NCBI GenBank assembly: GCA_964631905.1 | Contig: CAZWAL010000001.1 | Location: forward strand, 1 to 47,040 | Length of the DNA: 47,040 nucleotides | Origin: an uncultured Stakelama sp. | GTDB lineage: Bacteria > Pseudomonadota > Alphaproteobacteria > Sphingomonadales > Sphingomonadaceae | Direction of reading: 5' to 3' | Shown here: positions 1-10,155 of the stretch, one piece after another | How positions within the stretch are numbered: position 1 is the first letter of the stretch | Layout: each line of letters begins with the position of its first letter | Notes under the pieces: generated by a model | The model's database searches: none | Seen by the model: the letters and a program-made list of their open reading frames with translations, nothing else | What the model was told of the DNA's origin: nothing | Made by a program: the position numbers and the translations under genes

Positions 1-749
1 AGGCGCTTGCCGATCGTCCAGCCTTCGCCTTCGCGACCGACCAGATTTTCCTTGGGCACCTTCACATCGGTGAAGAACGTCTCGCAGAAGGGCGACTGGC
101 CAGAAATCATCCGGATCGGCCGAACTTCGACGCCGGGGGCCTTCATATCGATCAGCAGGAAGCTGATGCCTTCGTGCTTCTTGGTTTTGTCGGTACGGAC
201 CAGCGCAAAGCATTTGTCGGCCCATTGCCCGCCAGAGGTCCACGTCTTTTGCCCATTGACGAGGTAATGATCGCCTTTGTCCTCGGCAAAGGTCTGCAAG
301 CTTGCGAGATCGGAACCCGCGCCGGGTTCCGAATAGCCCTGACACCAGCGGACCTGGTTCTTGGCAATCGCGGGGATATGCTCCAGCTTCTGTGCTTCGC
401 TGCCATATTCGAGCAGAGTCGGGCCGAACATCATCACACCCATGCCACCGATCGGGTTCCAGGCACCAACGCGGCCCATTTCCTCCGCGAGCACGCGGGC
501 CTGGTGCTTGTCGAGCCCGCCGCCGCCATAGGCCGCCGGCCAGGTCGGGACGCCCCAGCCCTTTTCACCCATCGCCTTTACCCAGGCGGTTTCATCGGCG
601 CTCGGGTTGCTCGGCCCTTCGAGCGCGGACATGCTGTTGTCCTTGCCCTTCAACGAGGGCGGGAAGTTGTCCGCGAGCCAGGCGCGAACCTCGGCACGAA
701 AAGCATCCAATGCGGTGGCTGGATTGTCGAGTTCGGGGGCGGTGGCCAT
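1..749 (-). CDS. Acyl-CoA dehydrogenase family protein (3' end runs off the left window edge)
   Basis: Not in the ORF track because it has no stop in the window. Hand translation from ATG at 749 (AAGGAG RBS upstream) gives MATAPELDNPATALDAFRAEVRAWL... and the ACAD motifs WCQGYSEPGAGSDL and NGQKTWTS. Confidence 0.9.
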   Translation of the reverse strand, partial: MATAPELDNPATALDAFRAEVRAWLADNFPPSLKGKDNSMSALEGPSNPSADETAWVKAMGEKGWGVPTWPAAYGGGGLDKHQARVLAEEMGRVGAWNPIGGMGVMMFGPTLLEYGSEAQKLEHIPAIAKNQVRWCQGYSEPGAGSDLASLQTFAEDKGDHYLVNGQKTWTSGGQWADKCFALVRTDKTKKHEGISFLLIDMKAPGVEVRPIRMISGQSPFCETFFTDVKVPKENLVGREGEGWTIGKR

Positions 750-870
750 GAATGCACTCCTTGCAAACCGAATCTGAATATCGGGTATGGAGCGGCCATC
801 GCACAAATCGCCCCCGCGTGCAAAGGGAGACCTTGGTCCGTATCGGGTGGCAAGCTGAATAATGAACGCG

Positions 871-3240
871 CTATTGGCGCAGGCGGAAGGTGAGGCCGAA
901 GCTGCGAGGATCGCTGGGGGTGCCGAGGATCAGGCCCGAATTTCCGGCCTGAACGGTGTAGTTCTGGATGAAATCGGTCGCCAACAAGTTGCGGACATAG
1001 AGCCCAATTTCCCAACCCGCGCGCGGCCGAAAACCGACCGCCGCGTTGACCACGCTATAGCCGTCAATCACGGTGAAGCGCGAGTTCGATGGATCGACCG
1101 TGCGGGTGCGCGACACGCTGTCCGTGTGCAGGAAGAATTCACCTGCACGCCCAAATATCCGCGCGGGTTGCGTCGCATCGATCCCCAGCGACACCGTCCA
1201 TTCGGGCAGGCTGGGCAAGGGATTACCGCTGAGATTGCACACCGTTGTCGCCGTGGCGACCTGCTCGATCGGGCACGGCCCGTTCGGATAGGAGATGTAA
1301 CGGCCATCGGCGTAGGTGGCGGCTGCGCGTAGATTGAAGCGGCGGGAAAGCGCCGCGCTTGCATCGAGTTCGACGCCCTGCACCCGAACGCGCGGTACAT
1401 TTGCGAGATAGCCGCGCAACGCCCCCGGCTCGGTATCGACGACATTCGCCTGAAAATCGGTCACGTCGCTGCGGTAGGCATCGATATTGATCACCACTCG
1501 ACGATCGAACCAGCGCGACTTAAGCCCGACTTCATAGGATGTGTTGGTTTCGGGCTTGATGACCACGGTCGCCAGCGCGGGCTGATTGGCAGCGTTGAGC
1601 GGCAGGCCTGATGCGTTCAGGCCGCCTGACTTGGCCCCGCGGGCAAAGCTGACATAACCGAGCACGGTATCGCTGACATCATAGGCCACATTTGCCCGAC
1701 CGGTGAGCGCGCCGTCCTTTACCGCGCCCTGATAAGCCTGAGGCCGCAGGATCGAGAGCTGGCTATTGCGTTGCGCCGTCACATTCTGCAGCCCGCCGAA
1801 CACGGTGGTCGCGTAATCGACAGTCTTTTCCTCATAGGTATAACGCAACCCGCCGGTCAGCGTCAGCCGATCAACCACGCGCCAATTCGCTTCGCCGAAG
1901 ACGGCATAGCTGTCAGACCGGAAATCAGTGCGACCATCCGTGCCATAGCCATCCAACAAATTGGCGGAAAAGGCCGGTGCCGGGCCGAGCAGCCAATAGC
2001 TCGCGAGCGGCCCATAAATGGTGATCGGTCGCCCAATGATTCGCTGGCGGAAGAAATAGAGCCCGCCAACATAACTGAAGCGTTGCTCTCCGTTCGAGGC
2101 GAGCCGGATTTCCTGGGAGTATTGGTCCTGTCGCGACGGGATGTGCTGGATGGTCTGGATCGGCAGCGCGGTATAATCGCGGTCGTTCGCTGCGTCCCAG
2201 TTCCAGAAGCGCCATGCGGTGACCGACGTCAGCGTGGCAGAACCCAAGCGCCAGTCGGCGATCGCGGAAACCCCGCCCTCATTGGTATCAACGCCGAGAT
2301 CGGCATCGATATCGGTCACCCGGTCATAAGGATTGAAGCTGGGAAGCGCATAATTCACGCCCGCCGCCAACGCTGCATATTGCCGAGCGACCGGGCGGCG
2401 AGTCGGCGCAACGCGAACCGGCACCTGCGTGCAACATATCCCGGCAAAGTTCGACCAGTCGCCGATCAGGCGCAGGTGCACGTCATCATTGGGCTGCCAG
2501 AGGAATTGACCGCGCAACGCCTCATTCGAAATGGTGTTCTGGTTGCGCCCGGTGGTGACATTGCGGATCACCCCGTCGCGACGGGTGATCAGACCGGAAA
2601 GGCGCGCCGCTATCGTCTCGGTGATCGGCCCGGTGATCGATCCCTTGGCCTGGACATAACCGTCATTGCCGACGAGCAACTCCTCATTCGCTTCGAAGGC
2701 AAAACGCGGCAGCCGCGTGGTGATGTTAATCGTCCCCGCCGTGCTGTTCTTGCCGAACAACGTCCCCTGCGGCCCGCGTAACACTTCGATCTGCGCGATA
2801 TCCGTGAAATCGAACGCGGCAGTGGCGGGTCTCGCATGATAGACTTGGTCGACATAAAAGCCGACACCGGGTTCGAGCCCGTCATTGGCCTGGCTGACCG
2901 CAACCACGCTGCTCCCCAACCCACGAATCGTAAAAGCGGTATTGCGGGGATTGGCCGAGCTGTAGTTCAGCGTCGGCACAAGCAACGTCAGCCCTTGAGT
3001 GTTGAGCGTGTACGACGCATCGATCAAAGCGTCGCTCACCACCGTCAGCGCCAGGGGGATTTTCTGGGGATCTTCGGAACGGCGACGGGCCGTAACGATC
3101 AATTCATCGGATGCCGAAACAGGATCGGCTAAAATGTCGGCCGTTTCGGTTGGCGGTGAGGCGTCTACCGGTTCGGATGCGCGCGCTGTACCTCCGATGA
3201 CCGCACTGGTCAGCACCACCAATCCAACTAACGACCGCAT
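871..3240 (-). CDS. TonB-dependent receptor
   Basis: 789 aa with signal peptide, IVTARRR (TonB-box/plug start), IEVLRGPQGTLFGKN plug motif and C-terminal PRSFGLTFR beta strand. Confidence 0.95.
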   Translation of the reverse strand: MRSLVGLVVLTSAVIGGTARASEPVDASPPTETADILADPVSASDELIVTARRRSEDPQKIPLALTVVSDALIDASYTLNTQGLTLLVPTLNYSSANPRNTAFTIRGLGSSVVAVSQANDGLEPGVGFYVDQVYHARPATAAFDFTDIAQIEVLRGPQGTLFGKNSTAGTINITTRLPRFAFEANEELLVGNDGYVQAKGSITGPITETIAARLSGLITRRDGVIRNVTTGRNQNTISNEALRGQFLWQPNDDVHLRLIGDWSNFAGICCTQVPVRVAPTRRPVARQYAALAAGVNYALPSFNPYDRVTDIDADLGVDTNEGGVSAIADWRLGSATLTSVTAWRFWNWDAANDRDYTALPIQTIQHIPSRQDQYSQEIRLASNGEQRFSYVGGLYFFRQRIIGRPITIYGPLASYWLLGPAPAFSANLLDGYGTDGRTDFRSDSYAVFGEANWRVVDRLTLTGGLRYTYEEKTVDYATTVFGGLQNVTAQRNSQLSILRPQAYQGAVKDGALTGRANVAYDVSDTVLGYVSFARGAKSGGLNASGLPLNAANQPALATVVIKPETNTSYEVGLKSRWFDRRVVINIDAYRSDVTDFQANVVDTEPGALRGYLANVPRVRVQGVELDASAALSRRFNLRAAATYADGRYISYPNGPCPIEQVATATTVCNLSGNPLPSLPEWTVSLGIDATQPARIFGRAGEFFLHTDSVSRTRTVDPSNSRFTVIDGYSVVNAAVGFRPRAGWEIGLYVRNLLATDFIQNYTVQAGNSGLILGTPSDPRSFGLTFRLRQ

Positions 3241-3258
3241 CTGTCGACCCCCGACTCA

Positions 3259-3278
3259 CTATATTTCTTCGAATATAG
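3259..3278. promoter_or_regulatory. Candidate operator palindrome CTATATT-N6-AATATAG
   Basis: Perfect 7-bp AT-rich inverted repeat ~20 bp upstream of the TBDR start, in the divergent TBDR/MFS intergenic region. Confidence 0.45.
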
Positions 3279-3430
3279 CAGTGACCGCGTCGATGCGAGT
3301 CCGCGCTTGCAGACATTCTAGCAATGGGTGTCGACAAAGGGCGCGCCTGCCCACCCTCCCCCTGTCCAAGCAAAATCAATTGTGCGACGGTCAGGCCCAT
3401 GACGAACAGTCTTTTTGCGGCGGTCGATCG

Positions 3431-4660
3431 ATGACCTTTGCCCATCGTGCCGTACCGATCGTGCTGGCGGCCGTGCTGATCGACACGATTGGCTTCGGCA
3501 TCGTCATCCCCATCTTGCCGCAGCTGATTACCGATCTGGGCAAGGTCGATCTCGATCAGGCGACGCGAATTTCGGGCTATCTGCTTGGCGTTTATGCGCT
3601 GACCCAGTTTTTCGCCGGGCCGATCATCGGCAATCTGAGCGATCGTTATGGCCGGCGGCCGGTGTTGATCGCCTCAATGCTCACCTTTGCCGCCGATTAC
3701 GCACTGATGGCGTTTGCGCCCACGCTGGCGTGGTTGTTCCTCGGTCGCGCGATCGCCGGGGTGGCGGGGGCGATCTATGGCCCCGCCAGCGCCGTGCTGG
3801 CGGATGTCACCCCGGCAGAAGGTCGCGCCAAGGTATTCGGCTATATCGGTGCAGCGTTTGGCATCGGCTTCATTGTCGGCCCGGCGATCGGCGGCTTGCT
3901 CTCGGGGCTTGGCCCGCGCGCGCCATTCATGGCGGCTGCCGCCTTGGGCCTGATCAACGGCGTGGCGATGATTTTTCTGATGCCGGAGTCCCTCAGTGCC
4001 GAAAACCGCCGTCCATTCGACTGGCGCAGCGCCAATGTAATCGGCGCGTTCCGCCCGCTGTTCAAAAGCGGCGAGGCCGGACCGCTGCTGCTTGCCTGGT
4101 TCTTCTGGCTGCTGGCGAGCAACGTCTATCCGGCGACCTGGTCATTCTGGGCCGCTGCGCGGTTCGGCTGGGATTCGGCGGCAATCGGCTGGTCGCTGGC
4201 CTTTGTCGGGCTGGTGATGGCGAGCGTACAGATGGTGCTGACCGGGCCGATCATCGCGCGGCTGGGTGAACGGCGCAGCGCAGTTGTCGGGCTCGCAAGC
4301 GGCATGGGGGCGTTTCTGTCCTACACCGTCATCACCGCAGGGTGGCAGGCCTATGCGATCTTTCTGATCAGCGGGCTTTCGGCGCTGGTCTTTCCCGCGA
4401 TGAACGGGTTGCTCTCTCGGCTGGCAGATGCGTCGCACCAGGGCGCGCTGCAGGGTGGGATCGGCAGCATGGGCAGCGTCGCCGCAATCATCGCGCCGTT
4501 GATGCTGACGCAGGCGTTGGCGAACGGCGTCGAGGCAGGTTTTCCGGGCGCTGCATTTCTGCTGGCGGGGATATTGGCGGCGCTCGCGCTGCTGATCGTG
4601 GTGTGGAAGGTGCTGGGGCGCGTTGCCGAGGCTGTAGAAGTGCCAGCACCGACGCCCTAA
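3431..4660 (+). CDS. MFS transporter, TCR/TetA (DHA1)-like
   Basis: Start trimmed to MTFAHRAVPIV. Motif A GNLSDRYGRRPV, motif C GFIVGPAIGG, ~12 hydrophobic segments. Confidence 0.9.
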   Translation: MTFAHRAVPIVLAAVLIDTIGFGIVIPILPQLITDLGKVDLDQATRISGYLLGVYALTQFFAGPIIGNLSDRYGRRPVLIASMLTFAADYALMAFAPTLAWLFLGRAIAGVAGAIYGPASAVLADVTPAEGRAKVFGYIGAAFGIGFIVGPAIGGLLSGLGPRAPFMAAAALGLINGVAMIFLMPESLSAENRRPFDWRSANVIGAFRPLFKSGEAGPLLLAWFFWLLASNVYPATWSFWAAARFGWDSAAIGWSLAFVGLVMASVQMVLTGPIIARLGERRSAVVGLASGMGAFLSYTVITAGWQAYAIFLISGLSALVFPAMNGLLSRLADASHQGALQGGIGSMGSVAAIIAPLMLTQALANGVEAGFPGAAFLLAGILAALALLIVVWKVLGRVAEAVEVPAPTP

Positions 4661-4667
4661 GTGCCCC

Positions 4668-5465
4668 CTAGCCTTCTTTTCCCGGCCGCCGTGTAAGCGC
4701 GACGTCGAGATGTCCGCCGGCGTCGACCAGCGTCACCTCCCCCGTCACCGCGCGCATGGCGGGATCGAGCAGGGCAACGATCGGCGCGGCGACATCGGGG
4801 GCCATGGTTGCCATCGCCATCGGGACGCTTGCGGCAATCCGCGCGTTGAGCTTGGCAAACCCCTCCTCGCCCAGTCGTTTCTCGAACCAGCCCGTGCCGA
4901 CATAGCCCGGCGCGACCGCATTCACCCGGATCGCCGGCGCGAGCACGCGCGCGAGGCTTTTCGTCATCGTGATCAGCGCACCCTTGGAGCAAGCGTAAGC
5001 AACCGACGATCCCATCCCGAACACCCCCGCCACCGAGGCGACGCTGACGACCGCGCTCATCGGCCCCTCGCGCATCGCCGGGGCACAGGCCCGGATCATC
5101 TGGAAGGCGGCAATCGTATTCAGCCGGTAAATGTCGATGAAATCCTCGGCGTCGAGTGCGTCGAGATCCTCGTGATTGGCGAATTTGGTCCGCCCCGAAT
5201 TGTTGACGAGGAAATCGATCCGTCCAAACGTATCGACGGCAGACTTGGTGAGCGCGCGGCACGCTGCATCGTCGACAATGTCGGCCTGCACCGTGATCGA
5301 TCCGTTGCCGACCTCCGCTGCCAGCGCCTCGGCATCATCCCGGCTCGTGGCATAGTTGATCACGCACTTTACCCCGCGATCGGCAAGCTGGCGGACCACC
5401 GCCGCGCCAATGCCGGTGCCACCGCCGGTGACGATCGCGACGCCGCCCTGCATCCTGCCAGCCAT
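4668..5465 (-). CDS. Short-chain dehydrogenase/reductase
   Basis: TGGGTGIG Rossmann motif, NNSG, catalytic YACSK, IRVNAVAPG. Confidence 0.95.
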   Translation of the reverse strand: MAGRMQGGVAIVTGGGTGIGAAVVRQLADRGVKCVINYATSRDDAEALAAEVGNGSITVQADIVDDAACRALTKSAVDTFGRIDFLVNNSGRTKFANHEDLDALDAEDFIDIYRLNTIAAFQMIRACAPAMREGPMSAVVSVASVAGVFGMGSSVAYACSKGALITMTKSLARVLAPAIRVNAVAPGYVGTGWFEKRLGEEGFAKLNARIAASVPMAMATMAPDVAAPIVALLDPAMRAVTGEVTLVDAGGHLDVALTRRPGKEG

Positions 5466-5469
5466 CGCT

Positions 5470-6084
5470 TCAGGCCTGCGCGCTGGGGCGGGCGCTGGCG
5501 CGCTCGTGCCAGGCCTTCAGGTTCGGCATATCATCGGGCAAGCCAATACCGATGAAGATCGTGAAATCGATCGTCGTCAGCAACGTGATATCGGCGATCG
5601 AATAGTCCTTGCCCGCCAACCAGCTGCGCCCGGCGAGCGATTCATCGAAATAGCGCATCGCGGCGATGGCGCGGGGCCGGTTGCTCTCGCCGAATTCGGT
5701 ATATTGCGGCACGACGACGCGCGCGGTGAAGGGATGGGTATGCATCCAGACCATCCCGACGGGGACCATCAGGCGGAGTTCGACGCGGCGCACCCACATA
5801 TCGACTTCGGCCATGCCCTTTGGCCCCTTGCCGAACATCGGCGGCTCGGGGTGGAGCGCTTCGAAGAAACGGCAGATCGACACGCTTTCGGTAATCACCT
5901 CGCCATCATCGAGCTTCAGCGCCGGGATCTGGCCGAGCGGATTGACGGCCAGAAATTCGGGTTTCTTGTGCTCGCCTGCCATGATCGAGAGTAGCTCGGT
6001 CGGCACTTTCAGGCCCTTTTCGGCCAGAAAAATGCGCACGCGCCGGGGGTTGGGCGCGGGATTGGCGGCATCGTAGAACAGCAT
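5470..6084 (-). CDS. Glutathione S-transferase family protein
   Basis: APNPRRVRIFLAEKG, NPLGQIPAL, ITESVSICRF, YSIADI; 204 aa. Confidence 0.93.
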   Translation of the reverse strand: MLFYDAANPAPNPRRVRIFLAEKGLKVPTELLSIMAGEHKKPEFLAVNPLGQIPALKLDDGEVITESVSICRFFEALHPEPPMFGKGPKGMAEVDMWVRRVELRLMVPVGMVWMHTHPFTARVVVPQYTEFGESNRPRAIAAMRYFDESLAGRSWLAGKDYSIADITLLTTIDFTIFIGIGLPDDMPNLKAWHERASARPSAQA

Positions 6085-6173
6085 GGAAATAGCCTCCCCT
6101 TTGTTTTTCGAAGATCGCGTATGGCATTTCGCGCGGACGTCGCCTAGCCATCACCCATTCGAGGGGAGAAAAG

Positions 6174-7703
6174 ATGACCGCCGAGGCGATGCTTGCAAGC
6201 GCGTTCGCGACATTGCCCGCGCTGATCCGCGCGCATGCTGCCGAGCGCGGCGCGAAACATGCGCTCGTCTCCGGCGACGGGACAATGGATTACGCCACGC
6301 TCGACCGCATGATGGACCGGATCGCCGCTGCCTTGCAGCGCGACGGCGTGCCGCAGCGGACCTGCGTAGCGATCTGCGCGACGCCGTCGATCGATTATGG
6401 CGCGGTGTTTCTGGGCATCTTGCGCGCCGGATGCGCGGCAACACCTTTGTCCCCGTCCGCGACCGGCGAATCGATTGCCGCGATGATCAACGACAGCGCT
6501 GCGCCGTTCGTGTTCGTCGATGCGTCGACGCGTGCGTTGATCCACGGGCAAGCCATCTCCGCGACGATCGTGGATTTCGACGATGGCAGCTTTGCCAGAT
6601 GGCTAGCCCCCGAGGGAAGCGCGCCCGCGCCCGTGACGATCGCCCCCGAAGACCCATTCAACGTCATCTACTCATCGGGCACGACAGGTACGCCGAAGGG
6701 CATCGTCCAGAGCCATGCGATGCGGTGGGCGCACATACACCGCAATTCGGGCGCCGGCTTTGGCGAGGCAGTGACGATGTTGGCGACGCCGCTCTATTCG
6801 AACACCACGCTCGTCACCTTCCTGCCGACGCTCGGCTGGGGCGGCACCGCGGTGATCATGAAGAAATTCGACGCGCGCGGTTTCCTGGAGCTCGCTGCAC
6901 GCCACCGTGCCACCCATGCGATGCTCGTCCCCGTGCAATATCAACGGATCATGGCGGTGTCTGATTTCGACAGCTTCGATCTGTCGTCGTTCCGCCTGAA
7001 AACCTGCACCAGCGCGCCCTTCTCCGCCGCGCTGAAGGCCGATGTCGTGGCGCGCTGGCCGGGGCTGCTGGTGGAATATTACGGGATGACGGAGGGCGGC
7101 GGCACGACCATGCTTGTCGCCAATGCCCACCCGACCAAGCTCCACAGCGTCGGCATGCCGATCGAAGGGCATGACATTCGCCTGATCGACGATGACGGCA
7201 ACGAAGTCGCGCAAGGCGAGATGGGCGAAGTCGTCGGTCGCAGCCCGGCGATGATGACGGGCTATCACGGACGCAAGGACGCCACCCGCGCCGCCGAATG
7301 GTTCGATGCCGAAGGTCGCCGCTATATCCGCCACGGCGATGTCGGGCGCTTCGACGAGGATGGTTTTCTGATCCTGATGGACCGCAAGAAGGATCTGATC
7401 ATCTCCGGCGGGTTCAACATTTATCCGAGCGATCTGGAAGCGGTGCTGGCGCAGCATCCGGACGTTGCCGATTGCACTGTCGTCGGCATGCCATCCGACG
7501 CGTGGGGCGAAACGCCGGTCGGCTTTTACGTGCCGCGTGGCGACGCAAGCGATGCCGCCGCGATCATGGCCTGGACCAACGAACGGCTGGGCAAGACGCA
7601 GCGCCTGTCCGCGCTCCACATCGCTAGTGAATTGCCGCGGAGCGCGATCGGCAAGGTATTGAAGCGCGAATTGCGCGACCAGTTGATGAAAGAGACCGCA
7701 TGA
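6174..7703 (+). CDS. Class I adenylate-forming enzyme (acyl-CoA ligase)
   Basis: YSSGTTGTPKG, YGMTE, GDVG, DRKKDLIISGG and C-terminal GKVLK motifs. Confidence 0.95.
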   Translation: MTAEAMLASAFATLPALIRAHAAERGAKHALVSGDGTMDYATLDRMMDRIAAALQRDGVPQRTCVAICATPSIDYGAVFLGILRAGCAATPLSPSATGESIAAMINDSAAPFVFVDASTRALIHGQAISATIVDFDDGSFARWLAPEGSAPAPVTIAPEDPFNVIYSSGTTGTPKGIVQSHAMRWAHIHRNSGAGFGEAVTMLATPLYSNTTLVTFLPTLGWGGTAVIMKKFDARGFLELAARHRATHAMLVPVQYQRIMAVSDFDSFDLSSFRLKTCTSAPFSAALKADVVARWPGLLVEYYGMTEGGGTTMLVANAHPTKLHSVGMPIEGHDIRLIDDDGNEVAQGEMGEVVGRSPAMMTGYHGRKDATRAAEWFDAEGRRYIRHGDVGRFDEDGFLILMDRKKDLIISGGFNIYPSDLEAVLAQHPDVADCTVVGMPSDAWGETPVGFYVPRGDASDAAAIMAWTNERLGKTQRLSALHIASELPRSAIGKVLKRELRDQLMKETA

Positions 7704-8473
7704 CCCCGCTCGCCGACATTCTCGCCGCCGCCCACCCGACCGAGACGGGCTTTACCGCGACGATCCCGCCCGGCTGGCTGCAGGGGCGCACTGCGTATGG
7801 CGGGCTGTCAAGCGCGATTGCGCTCCACGCGGCACAACAGTGCGAGCCCGATCTGCCACCGCTGCGATCGGCGCAAGTGTCCTTCATCGGTCCGCTGGCG
7901 GGCGACATCACCGTCACCGCCACCAAGCTGCGGCGCGGGCGGAATGCGGCGTTCATCCAATCGGACATTGTGTCCGAAGCCGGACTGGGATTTCGCGCCA
8001 CCTTCGTGTTCATGGCCGATCAGGTATCGAAGCTCGATTTCGATCAGCGCCCGCCGGTCAATCGCGCGCCGCCCGCCCCCGATGCGAAGGTTTTCACCGG
8101 GCCGGAAGAATTCTTCATCCACAATTTCAATTTTCTCGATCTGAAGGACGGGCTGGCCGAGGGTGAATTGCTGCGCTGGGCACGGCTGCGCGCTACGGAT
8201 GGGCTCGATCCGATGGTGCAGATCATGGCGGTGGCGGATGCGCTGCCGCCCGCCGTTATGCGGCTGCTCGGTGGAGGTTTTCCGCCGGTGAGTTCGCTCA
8301 CGTGGATCGTCAATCTGCTCACCGCGACGCCATCGACCACCGATGACTGGTGGCTGCTCTCCGCCAAATCCGATTATGCGCGCGGCGGCTGCAGCAGCCA
8401 GACGATGCGGATCTGGAATGCGGATGGCGTATTGATGGCGGAAGGCATGCAGAGCGTCGCGATCTTCGCTTGA
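7700..8473 (+). CDS. Thioesterase family protein (TesB-like double hotdog)
   Basis: WLQGRTAYGG and ADALPP motifs; ATGA overlap with the ligase stop. Confidence 0.85.
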   Translation: MTPLADILAAAHPTETGFTATIPPGWLQGRTAYGGLSSAIALHAAQQCEPDLPPLRSAQVSFIGPLAGDITVTATKLRRGRNAAFIQSDIVSEAGLGFRATFVFMADQVSKLDFDQRPPVNRAPPAPDAKVFTGPEEFFIHNFNFLDLKDGLAEGELLRWARLRATDGLDPMVQIMAVADALPPAVMRLLGGGFPPVSSLTWIVNLLTATPSTTDDWWLLSAKSDYARGGCSSQTMRIWNADGVLMAEGMQSVAIFA

Positions 8474-8484
8474 GCCGCTGCACC

Positions 8485-8543
8485 GCGACAATTTGCGACA
8501 GTTTTCCCTGCAGCTGACATATCGCGGCGACAGCTTGGCGGCA
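8485..8543 (+). promoter_or_regulatory. Tandem GCGACA direct repeats, candidate OmpR-family binding site
   Basis: GCGACA at 8485, 8495 and 8527, GCGGCA at 8538, CTGACA at 8514. Two pairs have 10-11 bp spacing and lie upstream of the EF-hand/RR/HK genes. Confidence 0.55.
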
Positions 8544-8597
8544 GAAGGGTCTCATATGGCGAGGATAGTCCCCGCCGTTTGCTGAGGACGCTTCAAG

Positions 8598-9314
8598 ATG
8601 AAGAAACTGTTGATCGCCGCTGCCATCGGGACAACTGCCATCGGCGGGGTCGCCATTGCCGCAGCACTTGCCCCGCACGGGATGATGCGCGCCGACACCA
8701 ATGCCGATGGCAAGGTATCGCGCAGCGAATTCTTCGCGATGGCCGACGCCCGCTTCAAGCTGCTGGACGCGAACGGCGACGGCAAGATCGCCAGCACTGA
8801 AATGAAGGGCCCTCCCCAGCGCATGGTGCGGATCGACACCGATGGCGACGGCAGCGTTTCCCGCGATGAATTCGCGGCACGCGAAAACGAGCATTTCAAG
8901 CGGGTCGACAGCAATGGCGACGCGCAGATCACCGAAGCCGAATTAAAGGCCGCACATGATCGCCGCCACGCGATGCACGGTGGTCGCCACGGCCCCGGTG
9001 GTCGCGGCGGGCCGCATCACATGGGTGCCGGTGGGCCGGATGATGCCGGCTGGGGTCGTGGTCCGGGCGGTCCCGGTGGTCCCGGCGGCATGATGGCGCG
9101 GCTGGATAGCGATGGCGACGGCAAGATCACGCGCGCCGAATTCACCGCGCCGTTCGACCGCATCGATGCCAACAAGGATGGTGTCGTCGACCAGGCCGAA
9201 CAGCAGGCCCAGCGCGACAAGATGCGCGGCGCGATGCGCCAGCGGATGATGGAACGCCGTACGGCACCGACGCCTGCTCCAGCCGCTAATCCTTCACCCC
9301 CTACCGGGCAGTAA
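8598..9314 (+). CDS. Exported EF-hand domain protein with Gly/Pro/His-rich linker
   Basis: Signal peptide; six DxNxDG/DxDGDG-type loops (DTNADGKVSRSE, DANGDGKIASTE, DTDGDGSVSRDE, DSNGDAQITEAE, DSDGDGKITRAE, DANKDGVVDQAE). Confidence 0.9.
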   Translation: MKKLLIAAAIGTTAIGGVAIAAALAPHGMMRADTNADGKVSRSEFFAMADARFKLLDANGDGKIASTEMKGPPQRMVRIDTDGDGSVSRDEFAARENEHFKRVDSNGDAQITEAELKAAHDRRHAMHGGRHGPGGRGGPHHMGAGGPDDAGWGRGPGGPGGPGGMMARLDSDGDGKITRAEFTAPFDRIDANKDGVVDQAEQQAQRDKMRGAMRQRMMERRTAPTPAPAANPSPPTGQ

Positions 9315-9322
9315 GCCCGGTC

Positions 9323-9366
9323 GCCGGGCGGGTGTGCCCCTCCTCGCCCGCCCGGCAAACTTTTTT
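9323..9366 (+). terminator. Rho-independent terminator
   Basis: GCCGGGCGGG(TG)...(CG)CCCGCCCGGC stem followed by AAAC and a T6 run just after the EF-hand stop. Confidence 0.7.
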
Positions 9367-9419
9367 GACGCCGTCCAATCGGCTTGGTCACCACCAAAGC
9401 TATGCTAAGCACCGAAACA

Positions 9420-10139
9420 ATGTCCGAAACGCCCCATCTGCTGCTGGTCGATGACGAACGCTCGATCCGCGAGCCGCTCGCGCAATTCCTGCTGAAGCAG
9501 GGATTTCGCGTGACGCAGGCGGGCGATGCAGCGGCGGCGCGCACCCGGCTGGCAGCCTATGCGATCGATCTCGTCATCCTCGACATCATGATGCCGGGCG
9601 AGGACGGGCTGAGCCTTACCCGCCACATTCGTGAGACAAGCGACATCCCCGTCATCCTGCTGACGGCGCGGAGCGAGGAAACTGACCGTATCGTCGGACT
9701 GGAAATGGGCGCGGACGATTATGTCGTGAAGCCCTTTTCCCCGCGCGAGCTTGCCACGCGCGTCAAGGTCGTGCTGCGCCGCGCCGCCAATGGCGGGGCC
9801 CGGCAGCATGCGCCCGATTCAGGTTCCTATGCCTTTGCCGATTGGGTGCTGAAATCGGGCGAACGCGCGCTGGTGGATCGCAGCGGCGTTTCGGTCGCGC
9901 TGTCGACGGGGGAGTATAACCTGCTGCTTGCATTGGTGCTCCGCCCCCGCCAGGTGCTGACGCGCGACCAGCTGCTCGACCTGACCCAGGGCCGCGAGGC
10001 TGCCGCCTTCGACCGCGCAATCGACAATCAGGTGAGCCGCCTGCGCCGCAAGATCGAGGCCGACCCGAAAAACCCGGAACTGATCAAGACCGTCTGGGGT
10101 GGAGGCTATACGCTGGCGGCCGAAGTGACGCGGCTGTGA
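9420..10139 (+). CDS. OmpR-family response regulator
   Basis: LLVDD, LDIMMPGEDG, GADDYVVKPF receiver motifs; winged-helix DRAIDNQVSRLRRKIE...KTVWGGGY. Start could be 9402. Confidence 0.95.
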   Translation: MSETPHLLLVDDERSIREPLAQFLLKQGFRVTQAGDAAAARTRLAAYAIDLVILDIMMPGEDGLSLTRHIRETSDIPVILLTARSEETDRIVGLEMGADDYVVKPFSPRELATRVKVVLRRAANGGARQHAPDSGSYAFADWVLKSGERALVDRSGVSVALSTGEYNLLLALVLRPRQVLTRDQLLDLTQGREAAAFDRAIDNQVSRLRRKIEADPKNPELIKTVWGGGYTLAAEVTRL

Positions 10140-10155
10140 ATTTGGCCCCATCCTC

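Noticed and set aside
2999-3430. N-terminal extensions in the ORF track (MFS, LysR, AbgT, aminoacylase, CocE2, TBDR, DmpA)
   Set aside because: They overlap neighbouring genes or promoters; downstream starts fit RBS, signal peptides and family lengths better.
3431-4660. tetA tetracycline resistance call
   Set aside because: Family-level similarity only, no adjacent tetR, and a core-like context.
9060-9089. GGTCCSGGY tandem repeat
   Set aside because: Simply encodes the GPG linker of the EF-hand protein; not a CRISPR or independent repeat.
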